Assembly (NCBI GenBank): GCA_040386535.1 | Contig: JAZKFH010000012.1 | Span: 32,001-96,000 of the forward strand | Length of the DNA: 64,000 nt | Direction: 5' to 3' | Origin: Myxococcota bacterium | Lineage (GTDB): Bacteria > Myxococcota_A > UBA796 > SXON01 | Shown here: in pieces, positions 51,101 through 60,046 of the stretch | Numbering within the stretch: position 1 is the stretch's first letter | Layout: every line of letters begins with the position of its first letter | Notes under the pieces: generated by a model | Told to the model about the DNA's origin: nothing | Database searches by the model: none | The model's input: the letters and a program-made list of their open reading frames with translations, nothing else | Made by a program: the position numbers and the translations under genes

Positions 51101-52778
51101 GCGCGAGGCCCTTCGGGTGCACGGGCGTCGCGGACTGGTCGCTGATGACGAGCCCGAAGTTGTCGATGACCGGCATGAGATCGGTCAGCAGGATGTCGTG
51201 CATCTCGTAGACGCGCAGCAGGACATCGTCTCCCTCGACGGAGACACGGGCGGCCACGCGGCCGGTGCGGCGCACGTCTTCGAGGCGGGCGATGTCCTCG
51301 ACCGACTGCTCGGCGGAGGCGCGCTCGGTGTACTCGGGGGGGAACGCGTTGGCGTACCGGGCGAGCAGCGACGGGGCCCTGTCGCCGAAGCGGGCGGTGA
51401 GGGTAGGGCCGATCCGCTCGGTCCACGGGGTGGTCAGCTCGGCGATGTAGAGCTGGAGCCGATCGGTGTCGGCCTGGGTGAGCGGGCGCGTGCCGGTCTG
51501 GTAGACCTGGAGCAGCGCGGTGTCGAAGCGGCCGGCGAAGAGGCCGCTGTCGCTGTAGCTCGCGCCGGTGAGCTGGCCGAGGAACGCGAGCGTACGGTTG
51601 CGCACCGACTCGGAGTAGCGGCGCTCGGGGATGGCGAAGAGCGTGAAGGTGGTCTGGCCCTGGTCACGCTGGGTGACGTGGACCCGCGCGACCTGGTCCT
51701 GCTCGGCGTCGAACACGCGGTCGAGCACGTCCCGGATCTGGTCGGGGCTCGCCGCGAACAACCACTCGGTGGGGAGGGAGTCGAAGATGTTCGCGAGGCC
51801 GCGGTAGCGGTAGGAGTTCGGGCGCTGCCGGGTCTCGGAGAGCACGGAGTCGAGCACGCGCCGGAGGATGGGGAGGTGGCGGCACGGCTGGGTGAGCGCG
51901 CGGTGGGTGAACACGCCGCGGATCACGACGGGCCCGCTGGGGAGCTGGACCCGGATCTCGTCGACGCGGCCGTGGCGGTGCACGGGGGCGTCCACCTGGC
52001 CCTTGTGGATGTGGATGAGGCTCTCGGTGACGAGCGCGGCGGGCGCTGGCCACAACGTGGAGGGCGCGAGGCGATCGGCGCCCAGGCGGCCGTTGCCGCC
52101 GTCGGCATCCGCGCCGGTGACGCCGATGAACACGAAGTTGTCGGACAGGAGCCAGCGGAGGAGCTCGGCGGTCTCGATGCCGTCCTCACCGCTCACGTCG
52201 AACGCCGACTCGGCCGCGTTCTCGACGCGGCGGCACATGGCGTCGAAGTCGGCCACCATCGCCCGGGCGATGGTGAGGCGCTCGGTCAGGTCGGCCTGGA
52301 GCGCCTCGGCCATCGAGGCGTCGATGCCTGAGGCCTCGAACGCCACCAGCGACTCGGTGCGGCCCTCTCCCTCGGAGGCCACGGAGACGCCGTCGGGGCC
52401 GCGGTTCACCCGGATGACGACGTTGAAGCCCGAGACGTGCTGCGCGCCCTGATCCCGGAGCGCGAAGCGGAGCGTGTCGACGATGAACGGCTGGTCCACC
52501 ATGGCGGAGATGATCCGCACGCCGCCGTCGGCCGGGGTCACGCGGACGTTCGGACCGTCGTGCTGCACGGTGGAGAAGAAGCGCCACGTGTCGAGCAGCA
52601 TCTCCGCGGATTCGGTCGGCTCGAGCTCCGCGAAGCTCGCCGTGCGGGCGAGGGCGATGCAGGCTGAGGCGAAGACCGCGAAACGCTCGGCCTCCTCGGG
52701 TGCGAGGGTGGCGCCGAGGGCGCGTACCGCGGCGTTCACACGGGAGACAATGGCGTCTCGTTGCGGATGATTGGGCAT
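48150..52778 (-). CDS. gdhB: Large NAD-specific glutamate dehydrogenase
   Basis: RGGIRFSDR, VKNVVIVPEGSKGGF, DPYLVVAADKGTA, AFASGGS, GITARGGW, GDVFGNG, NGGIGTY, DNSGGVDCSDHEVNLKI. Confidence 0.95.
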   Translation of the reverse strand: MPNHPQRDAIVSRVNAAVRALGATLAPEEAERFAVFASACIALARTASFAELEPTESAEMLLDTWRFFSTVQHDGPNVRVTPADGGVRIISAMVDQPFIVDTLRFALRDQGAQHVSGFNVVIRVNRGPDGVSVASEGEGRTESLVAFEASGIDASMAEALQADLTERLTIARAMVADFDAMCRRVENAAESAFDVSGEDGIETAELLRWLLSDNFVFIGVTGADADGGNGRLGADRLAPSTLWPAPAALVTESLIHIHKGQVDAPVHRHGRVDEIRVQLPSGPVVIRGVFTHRALTQPCRHLPILRRVLDSVLSETRQRPNSYRYRGLANIFDSLPTEWLFAASPDQIRDVLDRVFDAEQDQVARVHVTQRDQGQTTFTLFAIPERRYSESVRNRTLAFLGQLTGASYSDSGLFAGRFDTALLQVYQTGTRPLTQADTDRLQLYIAELTTPWTERIGPTLTARFGDRAPSLLARYANAFPPEYTERASAEQSVEDIARLEDVRRTGRVAARVSVEGDDVLLRVYEMHDILLTDLMPVIDNFGLVISDQSATPVHPKGLAPQHVDTFRIASVPGITREELLARADRLVSGLEAVFQKHLGSDPYNRLVLRAGLTWEEVDLVRAYFGYARQIGLRHPMVRVQEILLNQAPVVAAIIRLFHAKFDPDLVGDRAAVVAEAEEHLKDLLLEIKTNDEDFVMRRLVNLVDSTLRTNFYRTDRVAHYISVKIDHAKAKDLPLPKMMVEIYVHHREVEGVHLRGGPIARGGIRFSDRADFRTEILGLVTTQMVKNVVIVPEGSKGGFYIKYTIADAAERRRKGDELYQFLMRGMLDVTDNIVDGAVVRPPRVVALDGDDPYLVVAADKGTAHLSDTANRISKEYGFWLGDAFASGGSNGYDHKVVGITARGGWVLVKRHFRELGLDADRDLFTCAGVGDCGGDVFGNGVIETRKMRLLAAFNHVHIFLDPNPDPDSSFEERLRLFNDVKGWDHYDKSKISVGGGVFDRRAKTVPLSVEARAILGTLAEELTPDQVVTLILKMPVDLFWNGGIGTYVRASWETNADANDPPNDELRITAQELKAKMIGEGGNLGLTQAARIEYALAGGRLNTDFVDNSGGVDCSDHEVNLKILLNPMVAAGRFSETERNDFLRTLTDEVAAAVLVDCNANGRLISLDVLRSSADPFPYGRAIDWVANRGNVSRQFLVLPTDDDLKRRASIGTGLTRPELAVLQAHVKMHVFKLLMADDTALIPRFDEILRDYFPTAVRERFAADLSKHMLAKAIGMTMVLTQVATDAGAAFFPLMLDLTGASAGRVAGAWIAAMDLTGGHALKATLLAEKSNPEGAYLAWNLYTQGVAELVASWLAPGSAGAAGENPTLFREALGAIAETRDASDSASFAASVARLVSKGIAHDTAERIVNASNAAIASEVCAVATARGESILETASRYQAVGHASKLLPSLRSISARRGVGRWDPVALGILRLRYLALLRDLAVRTTIGDELKLGTDRAAEALANGNIREVARITEQIVGDAPDVASLLVGEQQIRAVLQ

Positions 52779-52913
52779 CGATGGACCTCGGAGGGAGAGG
52801 ACGGGCGGCGGCCATACACACGGCACAGGGCGCCGGGCGAGGGGCGGAAGTTTATTTCAGGGGCCAGCTGCCGGACAGGGGCCTTGCGATAACGTCTGCA
52901 ACATCAGGCTGGG

Positions 52914-53828
52914 TCAGGGCGCGGCATACACGGGGGTTACGGCGTCGCCGCGGATCTCGAGCGCCGCGAGGTGCCCGCCGTAGTGGGCGGAGATGCCCGT
53001 ATCGATCCCCCAGAGCTGGCCGCCGCAGCGCTCGGCGACACGCCCGCTGTCCTGCGTGGTGTGGCCGACGACCATGCGGGTGGCGCCGAGCTCGGTGAGG
53101 GCCCGACCGAGCTCCGCGCAGGCGGTGACGGGGTCGGAGAGCAGGTAGGTGCGGTTCCACAACGGGCCGTCCGAACCGAGCACCTCGGGGGGCCCCTGGC
53201 CGAGCAGGGCCGCGCGGATCGTCGCGTTGAGCCCACGCACGCCGAGGCGGGCCCAGCGCGCGTCCACCCCGCCGTGCGCGAACACGGTGCCGCCGACGCG
53301 CGCGACGCCGTCCTGCGCGAGGAGCCAGGCGCCGTCGTCCCCGGTGGGGGCGTAGGCCGCCTTGCGCGCGGCCTCCCCGCCGTAGGACGCGAGGTCCTCC
53401 GGGCTGACGTAGCGCCAGTCGCCGTTGAGGTTCATGACCTCGTGGTTGCCGAGGAGCGGCACGACCTCGCCCCCGGCCGCGCGCGCCTCCCCCTGTAGGC
53501 GGCGCATCAGCGCGATCACCCCGCGGGAGTCCGGGCCCCGATCGGTGATGTCGCCTGTCTGCACCAGCCAGGTCTTGCCGCCGGCCCACGCGCCGGTCGC
53601 GTCGACCAGCCCCGCGAGCCGGAAGACGGCGAGCGCGGACGCGAGATCGCCGTGCAGATCGCCGATCGCGACGAGGCGTTCGGGGGCCGGCCGGCCCTCG
53701 GGCGGCGGCGCCGCGGCCGGCGCGGTGGCTCCCGTCGGACCGGGTCGTGGAGCCTCGGACGGCGCCGGCTCGGGAGAAACCGGGGCGCCCGGCGCCGACA
53801 TGCAGGACACGAGGAGGAGCAGCGGCAT
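52914..53828 (-). CDS. Calcineurin-like metallophosphoesterase (Shewanella-like phosphatase type), probable lipoprotein
   Basis: IGDLHGD, GDITDRG, GNHE, FAHGG, GPLWNR, VVGHT, IDTG; MPLLLLVSC. Confidence 0.88.
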   Translation of the reverse strand: MPLLLLVSCMSAPGAPVSPEPAPSEAPRPGPTGATAPAAAPPPEGRPAPERLVAIGDLHGDLASALAVFRLAGLVDATGAWAGGKTWLVQTGDITDRGPDSRGVIALMRRLQGEARAAGGEVVPLLGNHEVMNLNGDWRYVSPEDLASYGGEAARKAAYAPTGDDGAWLLAQDGVARVGGTVFAHGGVDARWARLGVRGLNATIRAALLGQGPPEVLGSDGPLWNRTYLLSDPVTACAELGRALTELGATRMVVGHTTQDSGRVAERCGGQLWGIDTGISAHYGGHLAALEIRGDAVTPVYAAP

Positions 53829-53885
53829 GCGCGCCACCTATCCAGGGGCCCGGCAGCCGGATAGCCCGACAGGCTGGAGGCCATC

Positions 53886-55148
53886 GTGGACGATCGCGCG
53901 CGGTTGGTGGCGGTGATGGAGCAGGCGAGGGATGGGGGCGCCAAGGCCGCCGAGGTGCTCCGCGTTCGTCGGGTCTCCCTGGAGCAGACCGGCTCGCGGC
54001 AAGCACCAGTGCAACGCGAGGAGATCGTCTGGACCGTCCGCTTGTGGCGGGAGGGCGGCACCGCTGGGCTCGGCACGGCGTCGATCGCGGCGGACGCCGT
54101 CGCCAAGGCGCTCGCGGTCGCCGAGCGCGCGGCTCCCGACGTGTTGGCCGGGCCCGCCGAGCGCATGGCGATCCGGACGGGCGCCCTCGGCATCGACGAC
54201 CATCGCCACCCGCAGATCGCCGAGGAGGATCGCACCGAGATCCTCGCGTTCGCCGAGAAGGCGTTCAACCAGGGGGGCCTCAAGGCGCGATCGCTGAAGT
54301 ACCGGCAGTGGCGGGACGAGCGGTCGTGGATGAACTCGCGTGGCGTCGAGGCCACCGAGAACGCCACGTCGTACGAGGTCTCCGCCGAGGTCGCTGTCGG
54401 CGACGCGACCGCCCGCCACCGCATCGCATCCCGCCACTTCTCCGACGTAGCGAGCCTCCCCTTCGGGCCCGAGCTGCGGCGCCGGATGGAGCCGCTCGCC
54501 CGTCCGGTCGCGCGCCCGCCCGGAAGCCTGCCGATCGTGTTCGAGCCGCGGCTGATGGCCGACCTCGTGCGGGGGCTCGCGCCCGCGTTCTCGGCCCTCT
54601 CGGTGGCCGAGGGCGGCTTCCTCGCCCCGCTGCTCGGCAAGCGGCTCGCCAACCCGATGTTCCACGTCACGGACGACGCGGGCCTGTTCGGCGGCCTCCA
54701 CACACGCGCCTTCGACGACCGCGGCGTGCCGCCGATCGCGGTGGCGCTGCTGAAGGAGGGTGTGGTCCACGGCCTCTACCACGACCCCGAGACCGCCCGC
54801 GCAGGCGGTTGGCGCCCCACCGGGCACGTCTCGAACGGCGTGCTCGGGCCCACCAACCTCATCGTCCGCCCCGGCGCGCGCACCCGCAACGTGATCCTCG
54901 CGGAGCTGGGCCACTACCTGCTCCTCGACCGCCTGCCGGCCATCGATCTGCGCAGCGGCCGTCTCCGCGGCGAGGTGCCGGTGGTGGTCGTGGAGAAGGG
55001 GGAGCGGATCGGCAGCGTGCGCGTCCCGTTCGATGTGCCGCTCGTCACCCTCCTGATGGCGATCCGCGAGGTCGCCGCGGACCAGGAGCGGAGCTGTGAG
55101 GTCGACGCGCCGACCACCGTGTTCGAGGGGTCGGTGTTGGCTGGCTGA
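53886..55148 (+). CDS. TldE/PmbA-family protein
   Basis: GAKAAEV, WMNSRGV, FDDRGVP, TGH, PTNLIVRPG; no HExxH zinc motif. Confidence 0.8.
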   Translation: MDDRARLVAVMEQARDGGAKAAEVLRVRRVSLEQTGSRQAPVQREEIVWTVRLWREGGTAGLGTASIAADAVAKALAVAERAAPDVLAGPAERMAIRTGALGIDDHRHPQIAEEDRTEILAFAEKAFNQGGLKARSLKYRQWRDERSWMNSRGVEATENATSYEVSAEVAVGDATARHRIASRHFSDVASLPFGPELRRRMEPLARPVARPPGSLPIVFEPRLMADLVRGLAPAFSALSVAEGGFLAPLLGKRLANPMFHVTDDAGLFGGLHTRAFDDRGVPPIAVALLKEGVVHGLYHDPETARAGGWRPTGHVSNGVLGPTNLIVRPGARTRNVILAELGHYLLLDRLPAIDLRSGRLRGEVPVVVVEKGERIGSVRVPFDVPLVTLLMAIREVAADQERSCEVDAPTTVFEGSVLAG

Positions 55149-55176
55149 TTTCGGGCAGACCTCCCTCCACCCTCTG

Positions 55177-55215
55177 AAAACGAAGAACCCCCGGTCGGAT
55201 CGCTCCGGCCGGGGG
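55177..55215 (-). terminator. Intrinsic terminator of the tail-tube gene
   Basis: Minus strand CCCCCGGCCGGA-GCGA-TCCGACCGGGGG-TTCTTCGTTTT. Confidence 0.85.
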
Positions 55216-55252
55216 CCTCTTGAACCAGGCGCTCGAGGCGCCAGGGTCGGGA

Positions 55253-55696
55253 CTACCCGCGCTCGACCTTCTCCACCGCGATCTCGATCTTTTCGATCGC
55301 CATCGCCGAGGAGTCGGAGTTCATGTCCGGCACGTACCACTTGCAGGGCCAGCCTTCGTAGAAGTTGTAGCGGGCAACTTCGGTCTGGCCGTCCTGGTCG
55401 AGGATGATGATCGAGCCGGAGCGGCGGTCGATCTTGCCGTTCTCGATGTTCTGGCGCCACTGCCACAGGTCGTCGGTGGCGGTGTAGCCGCGCTCGAGGA
55501 CGATGTTGGCGTAGGTGGTGCGGCCCGGCTTCTTGCGGACGACGGTGTCGTTGCCCTGCTTGAACTCGACGATCTCCGTCTCCGAGTCCATGCCGGACAT
55601 GCTCTTGAAGCCGCCGACGATGATCTTGTTGTCGCTGATGATGCCCTGCACTTCGAGGAGGAAGTTGTAGGCGCCGAACAGTTCTTCGGTGGGCAT
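55253..55696 (-). CDS. Contractile-tail tube protein (T4 gp19 / Afp1 / Pvc1-like)
   Basis: YNFLLEV, GGFKSMSGM, EFKQGN, KKPGRTTYANIVLERG, LWQW, RRSGSIIILD, ARYNFYEGWPCKW, AIEKIEIA; GGAGA RBS. Confidence 0.92.
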   Translation of the reverse strand: MPTEELFGAYNFLLEVQGIISDNKIIVGGFKSMSGMDSETEIVEFKQGNDTVVRKKPGRTTYANIVLERGYTATDDLWQWRQNIENGKIDRRSGSIIILDQDGQTEVARYNFYEGWPCKWYVPDMNSDSSAMAIEKIEIAVEKVERG

Positions 55697-55720
55697 GGTC
55701 GTTCTCCGTGGTGGGTTTCT

Positions 55721-55813
55721 CCCGTACGCGAAGGCTTGCGTACGGGCGGTCGAGCCGACGGTCCCTTGTCTGGTGCGCCTTCAGGGAACGGCGGGCTCGG
55801 CAAGATTCCCTGA
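55721..55813 (-). promoter_or_regulatory. Structured 5' region of the tube gene: 9-bp hairpin and 8-bp inverted repeat
   Basis: CCCGTACGC-N8-GCGTACGGG (55721-55746); TCAGGGAA-N17-TTCCCTGA (55781-55813). Confidence 0.5.
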
Positions 55814-55871
55814 GATTGCGCGGCGGATCAAGAGGAGGCGGTGACTTTTCTGCGGAGATCGCGTTTCGATC

Positions 55872-58800
55872 TTAGCGACGCTTCGTTCGCCCGTCCGCCA
55901 CCGGCCCGTCCGGCCGCTCGCCGAGGCGCTGCAGTACCCACTCCAGCACGCGGAAGGGATGGGCGCCCTCCTGCGGCGTGAAGCGCACCTCGATCTCGCG
56001 CTCGCCGACACGGCGGAACCGGGCGGGCTCGTTCGTGAGGAGCCGTTCCAAAGTCTGCGGGAGGACCTGCGTGGGCGCGTGCAGGCGCACCAGCAGGCGG
56101 ACCTTGAGGAACGCGACGTTCTCGATGCCGAGCTCCCGACACCGCACCCGGCTCTCCGAGAGCCAGCCGAGGTTGAGCACCTCGGGCGGAGGCGGGCCGT
56201 AGAGGTGCTCCAGCCGCTCGACGATGCTCCGCGCCTCGTCCCGGGTGCGCGCGCGTGCCAGCCGCTGGTAGGTCTCCAGGCGCTCGGACAGGTCGGGCAC
56301 GTAGTCGTCGGGGATCCACGAGGGCGCGGCCACCTCGATCTCCGGCTCGAGCTGGCGGCGCGAGGCCTCGCCGCGGGCCTCCTGGACCGCCTCCTCGAGC
56401 AGCTCGAGGTACGCGTCGAAGCCGATGGCGGCGATGTGGCCGTGCTGCTTGTCGCCGAGAAAGTCGCCGCCGCCGCGTAGCTCGAGGTCGTTCGACGCGA
56501 GCGCGAAGCCGCTGCCGAGCTCGGTGTTCTCCTGGAGCACGCGCAGCCGCGCAATCGCCTCACGACGGAGATCCCCTGCGCCGCGCACCAGCAGCGTGCA
56601 GGTCGCGCGGGCCGTGCCGCGGCCGATGCGGCCCCGGAGCTGGTAGAGCTGCGCCAGCCCGAGGTGGTCGGCGTTGTCGATGATCATCGTGTTGACGTTC
56701 GGCAGGTCGACGCCGCTCTCGATGATCGTGGTGCACACCAGCACGTTTGACTCGCGACGAACGAAGCCGACGAGCACGCGCTCCAGCCCCTCATCGGACA
56801 TCTGGCCGTGCCCGACGGCCACGTTCGCCTCGGGGACGACCTCGCGCACCCACTGCGCGATGACCTCGATGTCCTCGACGCGGTTGTGCACGAAGAACAC
56901 CTGCCCGCCGCGCCGCAGCTCGTGGAGCACGTCCTCCCGGACGCGCTCGGCCGAGAACCGCGCGATCTCGGTGCGGACCGGGTGGCGGCCGGTGGGCGGG
57001 GTGGCCATGACGGAGAGCTGGCGCACCCCCGACAGCGCCATCTGGAGCGTGCGCGGGATGGGCGTGGCCGACATGGAGAGCGTGTGGGCGCCGGTCGCGA
57101 GCTTCTTGAGGGCTTCTTTCTGCCCGACGCCGAAGCGATGCTCCTCGTCGACCACCACGAGCGCGAGGTTCTTGAAGCGGACCGCGCGGCCGAGCGCGCG
57201 GCTGGTCGCGATCAAGACGTCGACGCTGCCCGCGGCGAGGTCCGTGTGGATGCGCTTCACGTCGGCCGGGCTCTGGAACCGGGAGAGCACCTCGACCCGG
57301 ATGGGGAAACCTTCGAGGCGGCGGCGGAACGACTCGCCGTGCTGGAAGGCGAGGATGGTCGTCGGGCAGAGGAGCACGGCCTGGGCGCCGCCCTCGACCA
57401 CCCGGAAACACGCGCGCATCGCGACTTCCGTCTTGCCGAAGCCCACGTCCCCCACGAGGAGGCGATCCATCGGCTCCTCCTGGCGCAGATCGTCCAGCAC
57501 GTCGGCGATGGCGCGCTCCTGGTCGGGCGTCTCGACGAACGGGAAGGTCTCCTCGAACTGCTGGTACAGCGCGTCCTTGCCGTAGAAGGCCTGCGCTTTC
57601 ACGATCTTGCGGCGTGCGTAGAGGCGCAGGAGCTCGTGCGCCATCTTCAGGACGGCGTCCTTCACCTTGGCCCGACGCGCATCCCACGTCACGCCGCCCA
57701 GCCGGTCGAGCCGAGGCGTGGCGCCCTCGCCCACCGACCGGTAGGGCATGAGCAGATCGAGGCGATGGACGGGGACGTACAACTTCTCGCCGTCGCGGAA
57801 GGCGACGATCACGAAGTCCCCCGCGACCTCGCCGAGCGGCATCCGCGCGAGCCCCTGGTACTGCCCGATGCCGTGCCGATCGTGCACCACCAGGTCCCCC
57901 GGGCGCACCCCAGCGAAGCTGGCGGCAGCGGCCCGGCGGAAGTCTCCCGAGCCCGACCGCACGCCGGCCTCGCGGCGCTCCACGTGCTCGACGAAGATCT
58001 CGTCCGCCGAGACGAACACGGCCTCGTCCGACACGAACCCCTGCGGGAGGTCTCCCACCTCCAGGCCGAGCTCGCCGGGGCGCGCGCGCCCGGTGCCGAA
58101 CGTGAGGCCGTGCGGCTCGAACAGGGCGCGGAGACGCTCGGCGCGGCCGGCGCTCTCGGCCACCACGGTCACGGCGCGCCCGTCCTGGTGCCACGCGCGG
58201 AGCTGCTTGATCACGGGCGAAAGGTCACCCGCGCCCACCTTCAGCGACGCGGTGGTGCGGGTCTCGAAGGGGACCGCCCCCTCGAACACGAGCGAGGTGA
58301 GGGGAACGCCGCCCTCGAGGTGCGCCTCGTCGACCGGGAGATAACGGTCGAAGGGCCGCACGAGCGGGCGATCTTCGGGATCGAGCGCGTCGAAGCGGGC
58401 GCGCACCTGCTCGTCGAAGCGGCGGAGCTCCGCACGCACGAGATCGGGCTCGACGACGTAGAGCGGCGCGCCGGGGCGGACCGCCGCGAGGTCGACCAGG
58501 GCGGGCAGGTAGTCCTCCGCGCCCGGAAACCAGACGCCGTTGCGCAGGTCCTGGAGGACGCGGCGGCGCTCGGCAGGGGCGACGTCCCGCTCGCTCGCCA
58601 ACGTGTGGATGTACGCCGCGGCGCGCTCGGCCGAGGCCGCGTCGAGCGTGGCCTCCCGGGCCGGAAGGAGGCGGAGGAACTCGCGCTTTCCGGTGCCGCG
58701 CTGGGTCTTCGCGTCGAACGTGCGGATGGACGCCACCTCGTCGTCGAACCACTCGATCCGCGCGGGCGCCGCCGCCCCGGTGCTCCAGATGTCGGTGAGC

Positions 58801-59246
58801 CCGCCGCGCACGGACCAGCAGCCGGGCTCCTCCACGCGTTGGGTCGCGAGGTAGCCGCGGGCGCCGAGCCAGGCGAGGAGCTCGGCGCGGTCGTAGTCCT
58901 GGCCCACACGCAGCTCGCGCACGTCGACCGCGTGCGGGGCGCGGAGGAGCAGCGCCTTGGCGGGGGCCACGACCAGGGTGTTGGTCGCGGTGCGCGCGGT
59001 CAGCCGCTGGCGGGGGAGGTCGGGATGGGGGGAGACGCCGTCCCACGGCCGCCCGTCGTCCGCGGGGTAGAGCAGGGCGGACGCGCCGAAGAAGCGGAGC
59101 GCGCGCACCCAGTGATCCGCGTCCTCGCGTGTCGGCACCACGATCCAGGCCGAGCGCAGGCGGGACAGGGCGTAGGGGCCCGCACCGCCGACCAGCCCGC
59201 CGAGGGGGCGGCCGAGGAGCTTGGGTACGTCGGCGAGCCAGGCCAC
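55872..59246 (-). CDS. mfd: Transcription-repair coupling factor
   Basis: UvrB-like N-terminus, GDLVVHDRHGIGQY (RID), GDVGFGKTEVA, DEEHRFGV, SATPIPRT, QLRGRIGR, DLELRGGG, TRCF C-terminus. Confidence 0.97.
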   Translation of the reverse strand: MAWLADVPKLLGRPLGGLVGGAGPYALSRLRSAWIVVPTREDADHWVRALRFFGASALLYPADDGRPWDGVSPHPDLPRQRLTARTATNTLVVAPAKALLLRAPHAVDVRELRVGQDYDRAELLAWLGARGYLATQRVEEPGCWSVRGGLTDIWSTGAAAPARIEWFDDEVASIRTFDAKTQRGTGKREFLRLLPAREATLDAASAERAAAYIHTLASERDVAPAERRRVLQDLRNGVWFPGAEDYLPALVDLAAVRPGAPLYVVEPDLVRAELRRFDEQVRARFDALDPEDRPLVRPFDRYLPVDEAHLEGGVPLTSLVFEGAVPFETRTTASLKVGAGDLSPVIKQLRAWHQDGRAVTVVAESAGRAERLRALFEPHGLTFGTGRARPGELGLEVGDLPQGFVSDEAVFVSADEIFVEHVERREAGVRSGSGDFRRAAAASFAGVRPGDLVVHDRHGIGQYQGLARMPLGEVAGDFVIVAFRDGEKLYVPVHRLDLLMPYRSVGEGATPRLDRLGGVTWDARRAKVKDAVLKMAHELLRLYARRKIVKAQAFYGKDALYQQFEETFPFVETPDQERAIADVLDDLRQEEPMDRLLVGDVGFGKTEVAMRACFRVVEGGAQAVLLCPTTILAFQHGESFRRRLEGFPIRVEVLSRFQSPADVKRIHTDLAAGSVDVLIATSRALGRAVRFKNLALVVVDEEHRFGVGQKEALKKLATGAHTLSMSATPIPRTLQMALSGVRQLSVMATPPTGRHPVRTEIARFSAERVREDVLHELRRGGQVFFVHNRVEDIEVIAQWVREVVPEANVAVGHGQMSDEGLERVLVGFVRRESNVLVCTTIIESGVDLPNVNTMIIDNADHLGLAQLYQLRGRIGRGTARATCTLLVRGAGDLRREAIARLRVLQENTELGSGFALASNDLELRGGGDFLGDKQHGHIAAIGFDAYLELLEEAVQEARGEASRRQLEPEIEVAAPSWIPDDYVPDLSERLETYQRLARARTRDEARSIVERLEHLYGPPPPEVLNLGWLSESRVRCRELGIENVAFLKVRLLVRLHAPTQVLPQTLERLLTNEPARFRRVGEREIEVRFTPQEGAHPFRVLEWVLQRLGERPDGPVADGRTKRR

Positions 59247-59247
59247 G

Positions 59248-59979
59248 TCAGACCGTCTGGGTGACCGTGGCCGGCGCCGCGGCCGGCTTCCGGAACAGAT
59301 CCAGGTAGAACTGGACCATGCACAGGTCGATCGTGATGAGCACCATCGCGTCGATCACCCCGGCGAGCGCGATCGCCCAGATGCCGAGCTCCTGCAGCCA
59401 GAAAAATCCGCCGAGCTGGATGGGCGCCCACCAGAGGAGGAACAACGCGAACGTCCGGAAGATCGTGCCGCGCCGGCCCGACGTGAGCTTGCGCGAGCGG
59501 GCGAGGGGATCCTTCTCCTGCGTGTCGAGCGTCGCGATCGCGTCGACGAACGCGTACTGCAGGCCGAAGAGGATGCCGGGCACGATGACGATGATGCCGA
59601 GCTGGATGATGAACAACGCGCGGGCGTGGGCGCCGACGACGCGCGGAAAGCGGTTGAGGCCGAAGTTGACGGCCTCGTAGAGGGACGCGGGCTTCTGCTT
59701 TTCGTGCTGGACCCAGAGGTACAGCGTGGCGGGGGCCGCCCAGGCGCCGACGATGCAGCCCCAGATCGTCAGCCAGATGGTCTGTGCCACCGTGCTGATG
59801 ACCATGGCCTGCTGCGCCGTGCTGGCGGGCCAGAGCTGCAGCGCCGTGATGCTGACGAAGTTGGCGATGGCCCAGCCGACGCCGCCCATCACGACTGCGA
59901 TGAGCAGCACGATGCCGAAGTTCTTGAACAGGACGCCGAAGGCGTTGCGGAGAACTCGAGCGATGCCGATGCGGTTCAT
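59248..59979 (-). CDS. Hypothetical multi-pass membrane protein
   Basis: About five or six TM segments; IVPGI...DPLARSRKLTSG motif; 1 nt from the mfd start. Confidence 0.75.
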   Translation of the reverse strand: MNRIGIARVLRNAFGVLFKNFGIVLLIAVVMGGVGWAIANFVSITALQLWPASTAQQAMVISTVAQTIWLTIWGCIVGAWAAPATLYLWVQHEKQKPASLYEAVNFGLNRFPRVVGAHARALFIIQLGIIVIVPGILFGLQYAFVDAIATLDTQEKDPLARSRKLTSGRRGTIFRTFALFLLWWAPIQLGGFFWLQELGIWAIALAGVIDAMVLITIDLCMVQFYLDLFRKPAAAPATVTQTV

Positions 59980-60046
59980 GGGCGGCCGGTCTAACGGAGA
60001 ACGGCGCAGGCCGCACGGGGTTAGGTGCGGGGTCGGGGGGTTTGCC

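Noticed and set aside
48178..52331. 1082-aa (-) and 1295-aa (+) ORFs over gdhB
   Set aside because: Alternative-frame and antisense shadows of the clearly conserved NAD-GDH; composition is Arg/Gly/Pro-rich or mirror-like.
53886..59246. Prophage or intact eCIS around the tail-tube gene
   Set aside because: Flanks are housekeeping genes; no integrase, att-like repeats, capsid, sheath, baseplate or obvious compositional shift.
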